Positions 1 through 10,189 of a stretch of DNA of 64,000 bases are shown piece by piece. This DNA comes from an uncultured cyanobacterium. Its GTDB lineage: Bacteria; Cyanobacteriota; Cyanobacteriia; Cyanobacteriales; CAWCAG01. The notes beneath the pieces were generated by a model. The model ran no database searches. It was given only the letters and a program-made list of their open reading frames with translations, and was not told the DNA's origin. How positions within the stretch are numbered: position 1 is the stretch's first letter; each line of letters starts with the position of its first letter. The DNA is taken from positions 1,024,001 to 1,088,000 of the forward strand of contig CAWCAG010000009.1 in the NCBI GenBank assembly GCA_963793425.1, read 5' to 3'. The position numbers and the translations under genes are program-made.

Positions 1-276
1 GCGCAGTTTCACCCGGAATTGCAAGAAAAGATTCAATCAGAGGTGATTGAAAAGATGACGGATGTAGCGGAAGCATTTTTCCAAACTGCTATGGATCGGG
101 GCATCTATCGCCGTACCAATCCTAAAATTGTTGCCCAAGTGTTTTTAGGTATGTTTGCGATCGCCGGTTTTTCAGAAAATACAATTATTAACCCTGATGC
201 TTCCCCTCAAGCGATGCAAGAAATGGCCGAAGGTATTGCAGATATTTTTCTCCATGGAGTTTTAGTGAAAGAATAG
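1..276 (+). CDS. TetR/AcrR family transcriptional regulator, C-terminal part (5' truncated by window)
   Basis: Open frame from base 1 (AQFHPELQEKIQ...GIYR..NPKIVAQVFLGMF...IFLHG), resembling the cyanobacterial TetR C-terminal domain. Confidence 0.75.
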   Translation, partial: AQFHPELQEKIQSEVIEKMTDVAEAFFQTAMDRGIYRRTNPKIVAQVFLGMFAIAGFSENTIINPDASPQAMQEMAEGIADIFLHGVLVKE

Positions 277-389
277 GTATCTTTAAGTGATAGATAATAG
301 GCTATATTTAGTTTGAATGATTGGCTATGGCACTTTTAGATAGCAGCGTTTAATAAATTAGACATCTGTAAAACTGGAAAGTATTTTAG

Positions 390-1715
390 TTATGAACCTT
401 CATTTAAACGCCTCTGCCACTCCGCATCAATTTTGTCGGCTTGTTCTAAATCTTGCTCTAATAAATCCTTTTCGGTAGAATAGGCAAGATCGTTTTGGGT
501 GATAGCTTTGTTGGCAGCAAATTTACGAGCAAAGGCTAGTTTCTTTTGCAATTGAGGAGTTGCTTCATTTAAGGCGATCGCCAGTTCTTGGCGTTGGAGA
601 GAACGCTTTTCAATGCGGCTATTTTTCCTTTGCAGCAAGAAGTAGCGAATTAAGGGTATGCCCAAGAAGGCGATTCCATAGCCGAGTAGGAACCAATAAA
701 TTGAGTTAACGAAGGCGATTAAACCAATAGATTGAATGGCTAAATCAGGACTACGCAACATTGAACCCAAAACTAAAGCGAGGATGAAATTAGCTGATCC
801 CAAAATCACTGCAAACATAGTTTGGCCGCTGGTTGCCTTGCTGAAACGCCAAGGTAATTCTTTTAAGTAAGAGGAGACAGATTTTTGTTTTTGCTTAGAG
901 GCACTCACCTGTAATTCTGGGAAGTGGTAGATGATGCCACCTTGGGGAGATACTTCCGGATAGCCATTGAAACGGGCTAACACTGGAAGCAGATATTCTT
1001 CGTATTCGTAGGCGTTGCTATTTTTGTCTAAATCGTCCATGTAAGGGGCAATTTGTTCAGCAATTACTGCACCCCCGTTATTACGAATAGTTACCCCAAT
1101 ATCATGCCAGCGTCTTTCTTCTAGATTCCAATTAGGATCACCATCCCCAAACAGAAAAGAAAAGATTGCTTCTAAGAAAGACATCTTCGGTTTTTCTGAG
1201 GAACCTTTGTGGCGAGGCTGCCTCTGGTAATAGGAATTGTAACCCGGATTAAACCACCAGAAAATATCTGGCCCAAACCAAAAACGAGGTAGATAGAAAA
1301 AGTTAAAACTACCGCCGCTAGAACGATTATCCCCATCATCGCCATCGCGGGAACTGTTCATGGCAATAAAAATAACGACAATTGCCGCTAACATCAGAAT
1401 AATAGAAAGAATGAGGACAATACCAAAAGAAATGCGGAGTAAGTAAAATAAGGTTTTGCTAACCTTTTGCCACCATTGCTTAAACCGCAACTGCCAATAT
1501 TTGTTATTGAGAATAGAACGAAAGTTTTTCGGAAATTCGTAGGCAATATCTCCTGACTCTGCTACTTGTAAATGTCCCCCAGCATCGGAGGCTAAAGCAA
1601 GTAATCCTTGCTGAGTTTCATTAAGTTCTAAACCAATATTCGCAGCCACATCACCGACAGTTACTCGGTAATTTAACTGTTCAATTGCTTGCATTATGGC
1701 AGGATTATGGGCCAT
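390..1715 (-). CDS. Conserved cyanobacterial/plastid membrane protein (At5g03900-like)
   Basis: 441 aa; VTVGDVAA...LASDAGGHLQV, FLFGDGDPN and IIYHFPELQ motifs; several TM segments. Confidence 0.7.
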   Translation of the reverse strand: MAHNPAIMQAIEQLNYRVTVGDVAANIGLELNETQQGLLALASDAGGHLQVAESGDIAYEFPKNFRSILNNKYWQLRFKQWWQKVSKTLFYLLRISFGIVLILSIILMLAAIVVIFIAMNSSRDGDDGDNRSSGGSFNFFYLPRFWFGPDIFWWFNPGYNSYYQRQPRHKGSSEKPKMSFLEAIFSFLFGDGDPNWNLEERRWHDIGVTIRNNGGAVIAEQIAPYMDDLDKNSNAYEYEEYLLPVLARFNGYPEVSPQGGIIYHFPELQVSASKQKQKSVSSYLKELPWRFSKATSGQTMFAVILGSANFILALVLGSMLRSPDLAIQSIGLIAFVNSIYWFLLGYGIAFLGIPLIRYFLLQRKNSRIEKRSLQRQELAIALNEATPQLQKKLAFARKFAANKAITQNDLAYSTEKDLLEQDLEQADKIDAEWQRRLNEGS

Positions 1716-1974
1716 ATCCTTACCTCTATTTATTAAGTTCTTGTTTACTATTATAAAAGCTCAGAGATTTACGGGATTTCCACAAAAGGGTTGGTAATGT
1801 TATCCTAAATAATCATCTTTCAAACACTATAAGTGTGTTTGTTTAACATCCTGGTCAAGACTTAATTCAAAATCATCTCTAAATAGCTACAGTTCTTTAT
1901 TAAAAGTAGAATGATGCAAGTTGCCAGAAAAAGTCTTGGTTTCCTATTGTGGTGGATGGATATAGTGAGGAATT

Positions 1975-2256
1975 ATGTTCCTCACTATATCTTCATTCTA
2001 CTACACTTCTCCAGCCCTAGCCCAACCCATAACCCCAGCCAGTGATGGTACAGGAACATTAGTTGATATTAATGGCAATCAATTTAATATTACTGGCGGT
2101 TCTTTTTCTGGTGACGGGAGAAATTTATTTCATAGTTTTCAACAATTTGGCTTAAATGCTAATCAAGTTGCTAACTTTCTTACTAATCCCCAGGTTGCCA
2201 ATGTTTTAGGTAGGGTGGTGGGGGGAGATGCTTCGGTTATTAATGGTTTAATCCAG
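1975..2256 (+). pseudogene. Filamentous haemagglutinin N-terminal (TPS secretion) domain gene, truncated by IS
   Basis: [43 protein letters not shown] stops abruptly at the IS end CAGGACTTACGCA. Confidence 0.85.
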
Positions 2257-2600
2257 CAGGACTTACGCAAAAGACATAGAAATAGAGGGTGACTTTAATT
2301 GAGCAATAAGATGGCCAGAAAGTAATTCATGCTTAATCTGGTAAACAGTTTTACCTGTATCATAGGCAACTTGTTTGAGTCTGAGCCAAACTAAAATAGC
2401 GCAGTTAATGTGGTTTCTTTGAATCCTTGCTTGGCGACACTGACAAGATTCAATACCTGTGAGTTGCTTCACTTCTCGATGAAACTCCTCAATCTTCCAA
2501 CGGATGCCGCACTCGAAAAGCACCGCATCAGTGGAGTTTTGAGCTATGTTGTTAGTCACCACATAGTCCGTCCTATTGGTAGAAATAGGTACTCGCATGG
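2257..2600 (-). mobile_element. IS701-family transposase 3' fragment with right end
   Basis: RWKIEEFHREVKQLTGIESCQCRQARIQRNHI; stop codon lies within terminal TGCGTAAGTCCTG; 5' part missing. Confidence 0.85.
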
Positions 2601-2646
2601 GGTTTCAGGCAAATAAAAGTATAAATTGTTTAGTGCTTACTTTTTA

Positions 2647-2690
2647 GTATTGTTTTATACTTTTGCTTTGACAACAAGGTGATATAAAAT
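2647..2690 (+). promoter_or_regulatory. Putative NtcA-activated promoter
   Basis: GTA-N8-TAC (GTATTGTTTTATAC, 2647-2660) 22-24 nt before TATAAAAT, just upstream of the riboswitch. Confidence 0.5.
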
Positions 2691-2711
2691 GTAGCTAAAG
2701 TAATTTTAACA

Positions 2712-2876
2712 ATAGCTTCTAGGGTTCCGATTTTCGAGAAAGTCTCTCTTAAATGCCTGGTCCAAGAGAAGCAGGTTATTAACTAAATATAGTTAGTAAT
2801 CCCACGGAGGGAGAAAAGCCCGGGAGATTTGGCGAAAGTAGAAAATCGTCAACTCTGGGGCTTTTTCCCATTTTTA
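2712..2876 (+). ncRNA. Guanidine-I (ykkC-yxkD) riboswitch with terminator
   Basis: CTAGGGTTCCG...CTGGTCCAAGAG...CACGGAGGGAGAAAAGCCCGGGAG; downstream CTCTGGGGCTTTTTCCCATTTTT can pair with the 3' tail. Confidence 0.93.
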
Positions 2877-2908
2877 TTAACAACATCTAGGGTTATTTGA
2901 GTAAATTA

Positions 2909-4081
2909 ATGAGTGAACAGTTACCGTTTGAACCGCCTAATAGTGAAGCCCAAAGGGCGTTAAACAAAGAACAACAGATTCCCTTAACAGGTTGGCAACA
3001 AGAAGTTGATCAGGGCTTGGAATATGGCTTAGAAGCCGCAGAGAGTATCCGCGATCGCACCATTCCCACCTTTTCGCGGGGAGAACTACCCCATTATGCC
3101 GGAATTAACACTTTCCTCAAAGCCCCTTATTTAGAAGATATACGCAAAGTGGGAGAATATGATGTAGCTATTATCGGTGTTCCCCACGACTCTGGAACCA
3201 CCTACCGTCCCGGTACTCGCTTCGGCCCCCAAGGTATCCGCCGCATCAGCGCCCTCTACACTACCTACAACTTCGAGTTGGGGGTTGATTTGCGGGAACA
3301 AATTACCCTTTGCGATGTAGGGGATATTTTCACCATCCCCGCCAACAACGAAAAGTCTTTTGACCAAATCAGCAAAGGGGTTGCCCATGTTTTCAACTCC
3401 GGTGCTTTTCCGATCATTTTAGGGGGGGATCATTCGATTGGTTTCCCTACAGTTAGGGCAGTTTGCCGTCATTTAGGAGATAAAAAAGTGGGTATCATCC
3501 ACTTTGATCGTCATGCTGACACCCAAGAAACGGATCTTGATGAACGGATGCACACCTGTCCTTGGTTTCATGCCACTAATATGGAAAATGCACCTGCTAA
3601 AAATCTTGTACAAATGGGCATCGGTGGTTGGCAAGTTCCTCGCCAAGGGGTTAAAGTTTGCCGGGAAAGGACGACAAACATTCTCACGGTAACAGACATT
3701 ACCGAAATGGGCTTAGATGCAGCAGCAGACTGGGCTATAGAAAGGGCAACAGACGGAACTGATTGCGTTTGGATTAGCTTTGATATTGATTGCATTGATG
3801 CAGGCTTTGTTCCTGGTACAGGCTGGCCTGAACCAGGGGGCTTGCTACCTCGCGAAGTCTTGCATTTACTAAAAAGAATTGTGCAAAATACCACAGTCTG
3901 CGGTTTAGAAGTGGTAGAAGTTTCTCCTCCCTACGATGTTAGTGATATGACTGCATTGATGGCAACCCGCGTTATCTGCGACACCATGGCTCATTTAGTA
4001 ATATCAGGACAATTACCCCGTATAGAAAAGCCTGCTTACATTCATCCAGCCTCAGAACCTAAAATGGTTCAGTGGGAGTAG
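2909..4081 (+). CDS. gdmH: Guanidine hydrolase (ureohydrolase/agmatinase family, Sll1077-like)
   Basis: GGDHS, HFDRHADTQE, SFDIDCID and WPEPGG motifs; N-terminal extension; guanidine riboswitch upstream. Confidence 0.88.
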   Translation: MSEQLPFEPPNSEAQRALNKEQQIPLTGWQQEVDQGLEYGLEAAESIRDRTIPTFSRGELPHYAGINTFLKAPYLEDIRKVGEYDVAIIGVPHDSGTTYRPGTRFGPQGIRRISALYTTYNFELGVDLREQITLCDVGDIFTIPANNEKSFDQISKGVAHVFNSGAFPIILGGDHSIGFPTVRAVCRHLGDKKVGIIHFDRHADTQETDLDERMHTCPWFHATNMENAPAKNLVQMGIGGWQVPRQGVKVCRERTTNILTVTDITEMGLDAAADWAIERATDGTDCVWISFDIDCIDAGFVPGTGWPEPGGLLPREVLHLLKRIVQNTTVCGLEVVEVSPPYDVSDMTALMATRVICDTMAHLVISGQLPRIEKPAYIHPASEPKMVQWE

Positions 4082-4092
4082 GTAATGGGTAA

Positions 4093-4497
4093 TGGAATAT
4101 TTTGTTGATTCTGGTTATAAAACCCAAGCTTTGGATACTATTATCGAAGCTGAACTAATTCAGTTTGAATTGCGGCGAAGAATGCCTTTAAGCAAGAGAG
4201 TTTCCTTTCTCCTTACCATCTTTTGTTAGTCAACCAGGCTATTAACTGTAGAGTGATTTATCCTAATGATAGTCGGGATCTTTATTTTTCAATTTGTTCT
4301 GCTGAAGATATAGTATTGCAAAAATTGATTTGGTATACAATTGCTGGCAATAAATCTTATAAACTAATGACGGGATATTTTAGGGGTGTTAAAACTTCAG
4401 GGAGAACAACTAGATTTTGATTATCTTTAGCGGTGGGGAGATAGATTAAAACTATTAAAGGAATTAAATAGAGGGTTTACTGAAGCAGGATTATAAA
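4093..4497 (+). pseudogene. Decayed two-gene relic: small protein N-terminus plus nucleotidyltransferase-like C-terminus
   Basis: YKTQALDTIIEAELIQFE...; then CSAEDIVLQKLIWY / *RDILGVLKLQGEQLDFDYL*RWG with a frameshift and stops. Confidence 0.6.
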
Positions 4498-4537
4498 GAG
4501 CTAAAAGTTATGATAAATGTTCAATGTTGAATGATAA

Positions 4538-5398
4538 ATGAAATTACTGCCACCATTTTTACTACTAGATAGATTATTACAAGAATGGTTATTAGAGGAT
4601 ATTGGTAGAGGCGATCGCACTACCCAAAGTTTAATTGCTAGTTCTCAAACTGTTAAAGCCCAATGGATTGCTAAAGAAGCTGGAGTGATTGCCGGGTTGC
4701 CCGTGGCAGCCAGGGTTTTTCAATTACTTAACAACAAGGTAAACTTTACTGCTACAGTGGCAGAGGGTGAGTATTGCGATTTATCTAGCCAAGATAAACC
4801 AGTTATTGCTACCATTGAGGGGCCTTTTGATGCACTTTTAATGGGAGAAAGAGTTGCTATAAATTTAGCGATGCGATTAAGCGGTATTGCAACCATGACT
4901 CAGAAATATGTAGCTGAAATTGCTGATTTACCAACTCAATTTGTTGATACTCGCAAGACAACACCAGGATTAAGATTGCTAGAAAAGTATGCTACTCAGG
5001 TAGGGGGTGGTGTTAACCAACGTTTAGGGTTAGATGATAGTGTCATTATTAAAGACAATCATATTGCTGTGGCAGGGGGAGTTGGTAAGGCAATAACTCA
5101 AGTTCGTTCTCATCTTCCTTATCCTCTTACTATTGAAGTTGAAACAGAGAATTTGGAGCAGGTGAAAGAAGTTTTAGAATATGAAATAGAGGCAATCATG
5201 TTAGATAATATGCCTGTGGAGATGATGAAACAAGCAGTGGCAATAATCAGAGATAAAAGCCCAAGAATTAAAATAGAAGCATCCGGTAACGTGACCCTAA
5301 AAACTATCCGCACCATAGCAAAAACGGGAATAGATTATATTTCTAGTAGTGCGCCCATTACTCGTTCAACTTGGTTAGATTTGAGTATGAGAATGTAA
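4538..5398 (+). CDS. nadC: Quinolinate phosphoribosyltransferase
   Basis: DTRKTTPGLR, IKDNH, MLDNM, EASGN motifs. Confidence 0.97.
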   Translation: MKLLPPFLLLDRLLQEWLLEDIGRGDRTTQSLIASSQTVKAQWIAKEAGVIAGLPVAARVFQLLNNKVNFTATVAEGEYCDLSSQDKPVIATIEGPFDALLMGERVAINLAMRLSGIATMTQKYVAEIADLPTQFVDTRKTTPGLRLLEKYATQVGGGVNQRLGLDDSVIIKDNHIAVAGGVGKAITQVRSHLPYPLTIEVETENLEQVKEVLEYEIEAIMLDNMPVEMMKQAVAIIRDKSPRIKIEASGNVTLKTIRTIAKTGIDYISSSAPITRSTWLDLSMRM

Positions 5399-5425
5399 TC
5401 ATTTGCTAATGGCTAATCCAATTGA

Positions 5426-5507
5426 AATGTTTAATGTTTAATGTTTAATGTAGCCTACGGCAACGCATAGTCTAACGACAACGTTTACACGAACGCGAAG
5501 CGCCAAC
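5426..5507 (+). repeat. (AATGTTT)n heptamer array with nested small double-hairpin repeat
   Basis: GTAGCCTACGGCAA...CGCCAAC, related to copies at 52351, 53388 and 54470. Confidence 0.75.
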
Positions 5508-5508
5508 A

Positions 5509-6513
5509 ATGATCAATGAAAAGAGAAATCTTTATTTTCTTCTGCCTGGAACAACTAAAAAATTTGGTGGCGGTGGGCTTTGGGCAGAGATGAAAACCAT
5601 CAACTTAGCTAGGCAAATTTGTCAGGTACAAATTGTTACTTATCGGCAACGAGAAGATGATTACCCTTTTTTAACCGATGTTCTTGAAAAACCTAATTTA
5701 GAAGATAGTATTTTTGTGATTAGTTGGGGTTTTGATGTTCCTAATTTAGTAGCTAAACTTAAAAATTACAAGGTAGTTTATCATGCCCATAGCGCCAATT
5801 ATGGGTTCAATTTACCTGCTAATGTTCCCATCATTACCGTAAGCCGCAATACTATGGGTTATTGGGGACAAAAATCTCCTAATAGTTTAATTTACTATTT
5901 ACCTAATCAAATTGGAGATGAGTTTTCTAACCTCAACAAACCGAGAGATATTGATATTTTAGTACAAGTTCGTAAGTCTTCTGAGTATTTATTAACCCAG
6001 CTAGTTCCTGCTTTGCAATCCCGTTGCCATGTTCACCTTCTTGAAGGATTTGTAGAAGATTTAGCAGGATTATTTAATCGTAGTAAAGTTTATATTTATG
6101 ACTCCGCAGAATATTGGGCAACAAACGGAGTGACAGAGGGTTTTGGTTTGCCCCCATTAGAAGCCCTTGCTTGTGGTTGTCAGGTATTTTCTAGTGTGAA
6201 TAGTGCTTTAGCGGATTATCTTGATCCCGGCTTTAATTGCCACAAAATTGCTGGTTATTCTTTGGAATATGATCTGCAACGCATTCTTGCTGTAATTAAT
6301 TCCCTTCAACCCCAAGAATTACCAGAATCCTTTTGGTCTACATATCGTCGTGAAACTCTATTACAAAGGTTAGAAGTGATCCTCACAGAAATAAATCACT
6401 TTTTTGATCATAATCAAACTAAGCAAACAAAAATTCAAGGGCTAAGTAAGAGGCGTTTGCAAAAGTTGTGGTTACAACAAAAATTGGCTAAGTTACGTAA
6501 AAAGCTTAATTAG
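5509..6513 (+). CDS. Glycosyltransferase (GT4/GT-B family)
   Basis: EGFGLPPLEALACG motif. Confidence 0.85.
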   Translation: MINEKRNLYFLLPGTTKKFGGGGLWAEMKTINLARQICQVQIVTYRQREDDYPFLTDVLEKPNLEDSIFVISWGFDVPNLVAKLKNYKVVYHAHSANYGFNLPANVPIITVSRNTMGYWGQKSPNSLIYYLPNQIGDEFSNLNKPRDIDILVQVRKSSEYLLTQLVPALQSRCHVHLLEGFVEDLAGLFNRSKVYIYDSAEYWATNGVTEGFGLPPLEALACGCQVFSSVNSALADYLDPGFNCHKIAGYSLEYDLQRILAVINSLQPQELPESFWSTYRRETLLQRLEVILTEINHFFDHNQTKQTKIQGLSKRRLQKLWLQQKLAKLRKKLN

Positions 6514-6515
6514 TT

Positions 6516-6719
6516 TTAAATATCCTTTTGCTTAGGCTTAAAACGCCAATAATAAACTACATAAGCCAACGCTAAAAGTTGTACGGGAACAATAGTGAGA
6601 TAGTTCCTGATAATAGGATTGATTTCTAAGCTAGAGAAGGTTAAAAAATAGCCCATACCTAGCAAAGCAAAAAAGAATAGTAATAGTTTCCCATTCCTAT
6701 TAAAACTATTACTATTCAA
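6516..6719 (-). CDS. Small two-TM membrane protein
   Basis: 67 aa, two hydrophobic stretches; overlaps the stop of the upstream gene by 4 nt. Confidence 0.55.
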   Translation of the reverse strand: MNSNSFNRNGKLLLFFFALLGMGYFLTFSSLEINPIIRNYLTIVPVQLLALAYVVYYWRFKPKQKDI

Positions 6720-7498
6720 CTAGAAGCGCTTGTATAGAAACGCAAAGCAAATCCCCAAAAAAGCTTAGAAACTGTCAATAAAATCAACGCCAAAATCCCA
6801 GCTCCCAAAAACCAAATTATTTCCCCTTTTCCTAACATAGCTTGGGCAGGAACAGTAGTTAAGAAAGCGACAGGAACCACAAAAGTAAAGAAGAGGCGAT
6901 ATATAGCAGGATAGGCTACTAAGGGATAACGTCCTGCTTCTAAGAAACCGCGCAATACTTCTGTTACATTATAAATTTTTACAAACCAAACACTAGTCGT
7001 TCCTAGCATAAACCAAAGACTATAAAGAATCATCAAGCCAAAAAGTAAAGGCACTAAACTCAATAAATAATCACCCCAAGATAAACCTAAACGTATCCCT
7101 GCATAAATAATAATTGCCCAACCAAACAATAAATCTGGTATGCCCCAAGGAGAAACCATTCTGGTTGAAAGCCAAAATTGACTGCTAATTGGCTTAAGGA
7201 GAATAAAGTCTAAAGTACCTTTTTCAACTTGCTTGACAATACGGTTAAGATTAGGTACTAAAAACGTGGTTGAAAAACCTTGTAAAATAGTAAAAACGCC
7301 CAAGACAATTAGGGACTCTTCCCAACTCCAACCTTCAAATTCATAACCAGTACGATAAAACAGAAAAAGACTAAATAAGTTCCCCGCCAAACTACCTAAA
7401 CTACTCAAAGCAGCAATCAAGAAATTGAGCCGATATTCTAACTCTGCTGCGGTCGCAGTTGCCCAAAACAACATCAGTACTTTAATATACCTGCCCAT
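6716..7498 (-). CDS. ABC-2 type transporter permease (DUF990 family)
   Basis: LEYRLNF, GTLDFILLKPISSQF, GRYP; about six TM helices. Confidence 0.85.
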   Translation of the reverse strand: MGRYIKVLMLFWATATAAELEYRLNFLIAALSSLGSLAGNLFSLFLFYRTGYEFEGWSWEESLIVLGVFTILQGFSTTFLVPNLNRIVKQVEKGTLDFILLKPISSQFWLSTRMVSPWGIPDLLFGWAIIIYAGIRLGLSWGDYLLSLVPLLFGLMILYSLWFMLGTTSVWFVKIYNVTEVLRGFLEAGRYPLVAYPAIYRLFFTFVVPVAFLTTVPAQAMLGKGEIIWFLGAGILALILLTVSKLFWGFALRFYTSASS

Positions 7499-7667
7499 TT
7501 ACCACCCCAACCATAGACTCGTATCTTAATTTTCACTATTTTCAGCGCAATTGTGTACCCGGTGCTGATATAAGATGGGACTATATGGAAACAAAATTAA
7601 ACTCATAGAGAAACTATATCTGTTTTCTCTCAAGTTTCGAGCAAAATTGTTAGGAGGAATAAATTTG

Positions 7668-8102
7668 ATGAAAAAATTGTTTAGTTTGCTAGCTGCACTC
7701 ATTCTTACAGTTAGCTCTTTTTGCCTATCAACTCAACAACCAGCCCAAGCCGTTGATTTAAGCGCTTTAACCCTGCAATCATCTTCGATTTTAGCAATGG
7801 ATCTAGACATCGAGCGTCGCAATCCTGCGGATGCCAAACTAGATAGTGATTATGGTCAAAAAATTGACCTAAACAATGCTAATGTACGTTCTTTTCGCGA
7901 TTTAAGGGGATTTTATCCTACTTTAGCTGCCAAAATCGCTCGCAATAGTCCCTATGATAAAGTAGAAGATGTTCTCAATATCCCTGGATTAAGTGAACGT
8001 TTAAAATCTCGTCTCCAAGCGAATTTAGATAAGTTCACTGTAACTAAGCCTTCTGATGCTTTTAATCAAGAAGCAAATCGCTTTAATAATGGGGAATATT
8101 AA
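7668..8102 (+). CDS. psbU: Photosystem II extrinsic protein PsbU
   Basis: Signal peptide; KIDLNN, GFYPTLA, PYDKVEDVLNIPGL; AGGAGG RBS before ATG 7668. Confidence 0.96.
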   Translation: MKKLFSLLAALILTVSSFCLSTQQPAQAVDLSALTLQSSSILAMDLDIERRNPADAKLDSDYGQKIDLNNANVRSFRDLRGFYPTLAAKIARNSPYDKVEDVLNIPGLSERLKSRLQANLDKFTVTKPSDAFNQEANRFNNGEY

Positions 8103-8244
8103 TCTTAAAGTTTAATTACCACAAATGTAATGAACTATTACAAAAATCTTTGGTGCTACTAAATTAATTAGCATTCAACACTAACCCATCCCCATATGAG
8201 GATGGGTTATTTAGTTTAATTGAAGTGTAATTGTAATACAATAA

Positions 8245-8598
<354 letters not shown>

Positions 8599-8732
8599 TT
8601 CATCGAGAAAAGTGATTATGTAACCACATTATGAGAATAAGTTTTCAAAGTTTATTATTCGCCCAACTCCTTGCCCAGAAAGGGTTTTCTTCTAACTATT
8701 GATAGATATAAGGAAAAAAAAGTACTATTTAC

Positions 8733-8761
8733 TTTACAAACAGTAACAAAGTTGTTAGTAT
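8733..8761 (+). promoter_or_regulatory. psbA promoter
   Basis: TTTACA-17 nt-TAGTAT about 100 nt upstream of psbA. Confidence 0.7.
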
Positions 8762-8859
8762 TAGTTCATAAGCAAGTTAAACAAACTTAAAAGTCTAAAC
8801 AACTGGAAAGTTAAATAAACTTCGCTTACATACATTTTTTTACGCAATTATACTGAACC

Positions 8860-9942
8860 ATGACAACTACATTACAACGTAGCCAAAGCGCAAGCTCTTG
8901 GGAACGGTTTTGCAGTTGGATCACCAGCACCGAAAACCGCCTCTATGTAGGTTGGTTTGGAGTCTTAATGATCCCAACTCTGTTAGCCGCCACCACTTGC
9001 TTTTTAATCGCCTTCGTCGCAGCACCTCCTGTAGACATAGACGGAATCCGCGAACCAGTAGCAGGTTCATTACTTTATGGAAACAACATCATCTCTGGTG
9101 CAGTTGTTCCATCATCTAATGCCATCGGCTTACACTTCTACCCAATTTGGGAAGCAGCTTCTCTTGATGAGTGGTTGTATAACGGTGGTCCTTACCAGCT
9201 AGTGATTTTCCACTTCCTCATTGGCATATTTGCTTACATGGGAAGAGAGTGGGAACTATCCTACCGCTTAGGAATGCGTCCTTGGATCTGTGTAGCTTAC
9301 TCTGCTCCAGTAGCAGCAGCAAGTGCAGTATTCCTAATCTACCCATTAGGACAAGGAAGCTTCTCAGATGGAATGCCTTTAGGTATATCCGGAACCTTCA
9401 ACTTCATGTTTGTCTTCCAAGCAGAACACAACATCTTAATGCACCCCTTCCACATGTTGGGAGTAGCGGGTGTATTTGGTGGAGCATTATTCAGTGCCAT
9501 GCACGGAAGCTTGGTCACCTCTAGCTTAGTAAGAGAAACCACCGAAACCGAATCACAGAACTACGGTTACAAATTCGGACAAGAAGAAGAAACCTACAAC
9601 ATTGTTGCAGCACACGGTTATTTTGGTCGTCTAATCTTCCAATATGCCTCCTTCAACAACAGTCGTAGCCTTCACTTTTTCTTAGGAGCATGGCCAGTAG
9701 TAGGAATCTGGTTCACCGCATTAGGAATCTCGACAATGGCGTTTAACCTCAACGGATTCAACTTCAACCAGTCGATACTAGATTCACAAGGTCATGTAGT
9801 CAACACCTGGGCTGATGTATTAAACCGCGCTAACTTAGGCTTTGAAGTAATGCACGAGCGCAATGCTCACAACTTCCCCTTAGATTTAGCAGCAGGCGAG
9901 TCTACACCAGTAGCACTAACTGCCCCAGCTATCAACGGTTAA
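8860..9942 (+). CDS. psbA: Photosystem II D1 protein, standard form (Q130)
   Basis: 360 aa D1; Mn-cluster ligands D170, E189, H332, E333, D342, A344 intact. Confidence 0.99.
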   Translation: MTTTLQRSQSASSWERFCSWITSTENRLYVGWFGVLMIPTLLAATTCFLIAFVAAPPVDIDGIREPVAGSLLYGNNIISGAVVPSSNAIGLHFYPIWEAASLDEWLYNGGPYQLVIFHFLIGIFAYMGREWELSYRLGMRPWICVAYSAPVAAASAVFLIYPLGQGSFSDGMPLGISGTFNFMFVFQAEHNILMHPFHMLGVAGVFGGALFSAMHGSLVTSSLVRETTETESQNYGYKFGQEEETYNIVAAHGYFGRLIFQYASFNNSRSLHFFLGAWPVVGIWFTALGISTMAFNLNGFNFNQSILDSQGHVVNTWADVLNRANLGFEVMHERNAHNFPLDLAAGESTPVALTAPAING

Positions 9943-9978
9943 GTTGCAATGCTTACAATTAAATAATACCTAAATAAC

Positions 9979-10013
9979 AAAAAGCGTCCTCCCAATACGG
10001 AGGGCGCTTTTTT
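9979..10013 (+). terminator. Rho-independent terminator of psbA
   Basis: AAAAAGCGTCCTCC-loop-GGAGGGCGCTTTTTT. Confidence 0.9.
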
Positions 10014-10189
10014 GCTTGTTTTTAACTTTTATTTCTTAAGACGTAGCAATTACCAGAAACAAAGTTGAATATTGCCACAAGTGGTATCTTTTTAACTCTT
10101 TTACTCTTGTTCAAGACAGAAGTTCCAATAGGAATTTTCTGACACAATTTAAAGGGTATTAAGCTATAAAACAGACATTCAAGCTACTC

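Noticed and set aside
8860..9942. Atypical D1 (rogue, chlorophyll f synthase or high-light E130 form)
   Set aside because: All Mn ligands are present and residue 130 is Gln: standard D1
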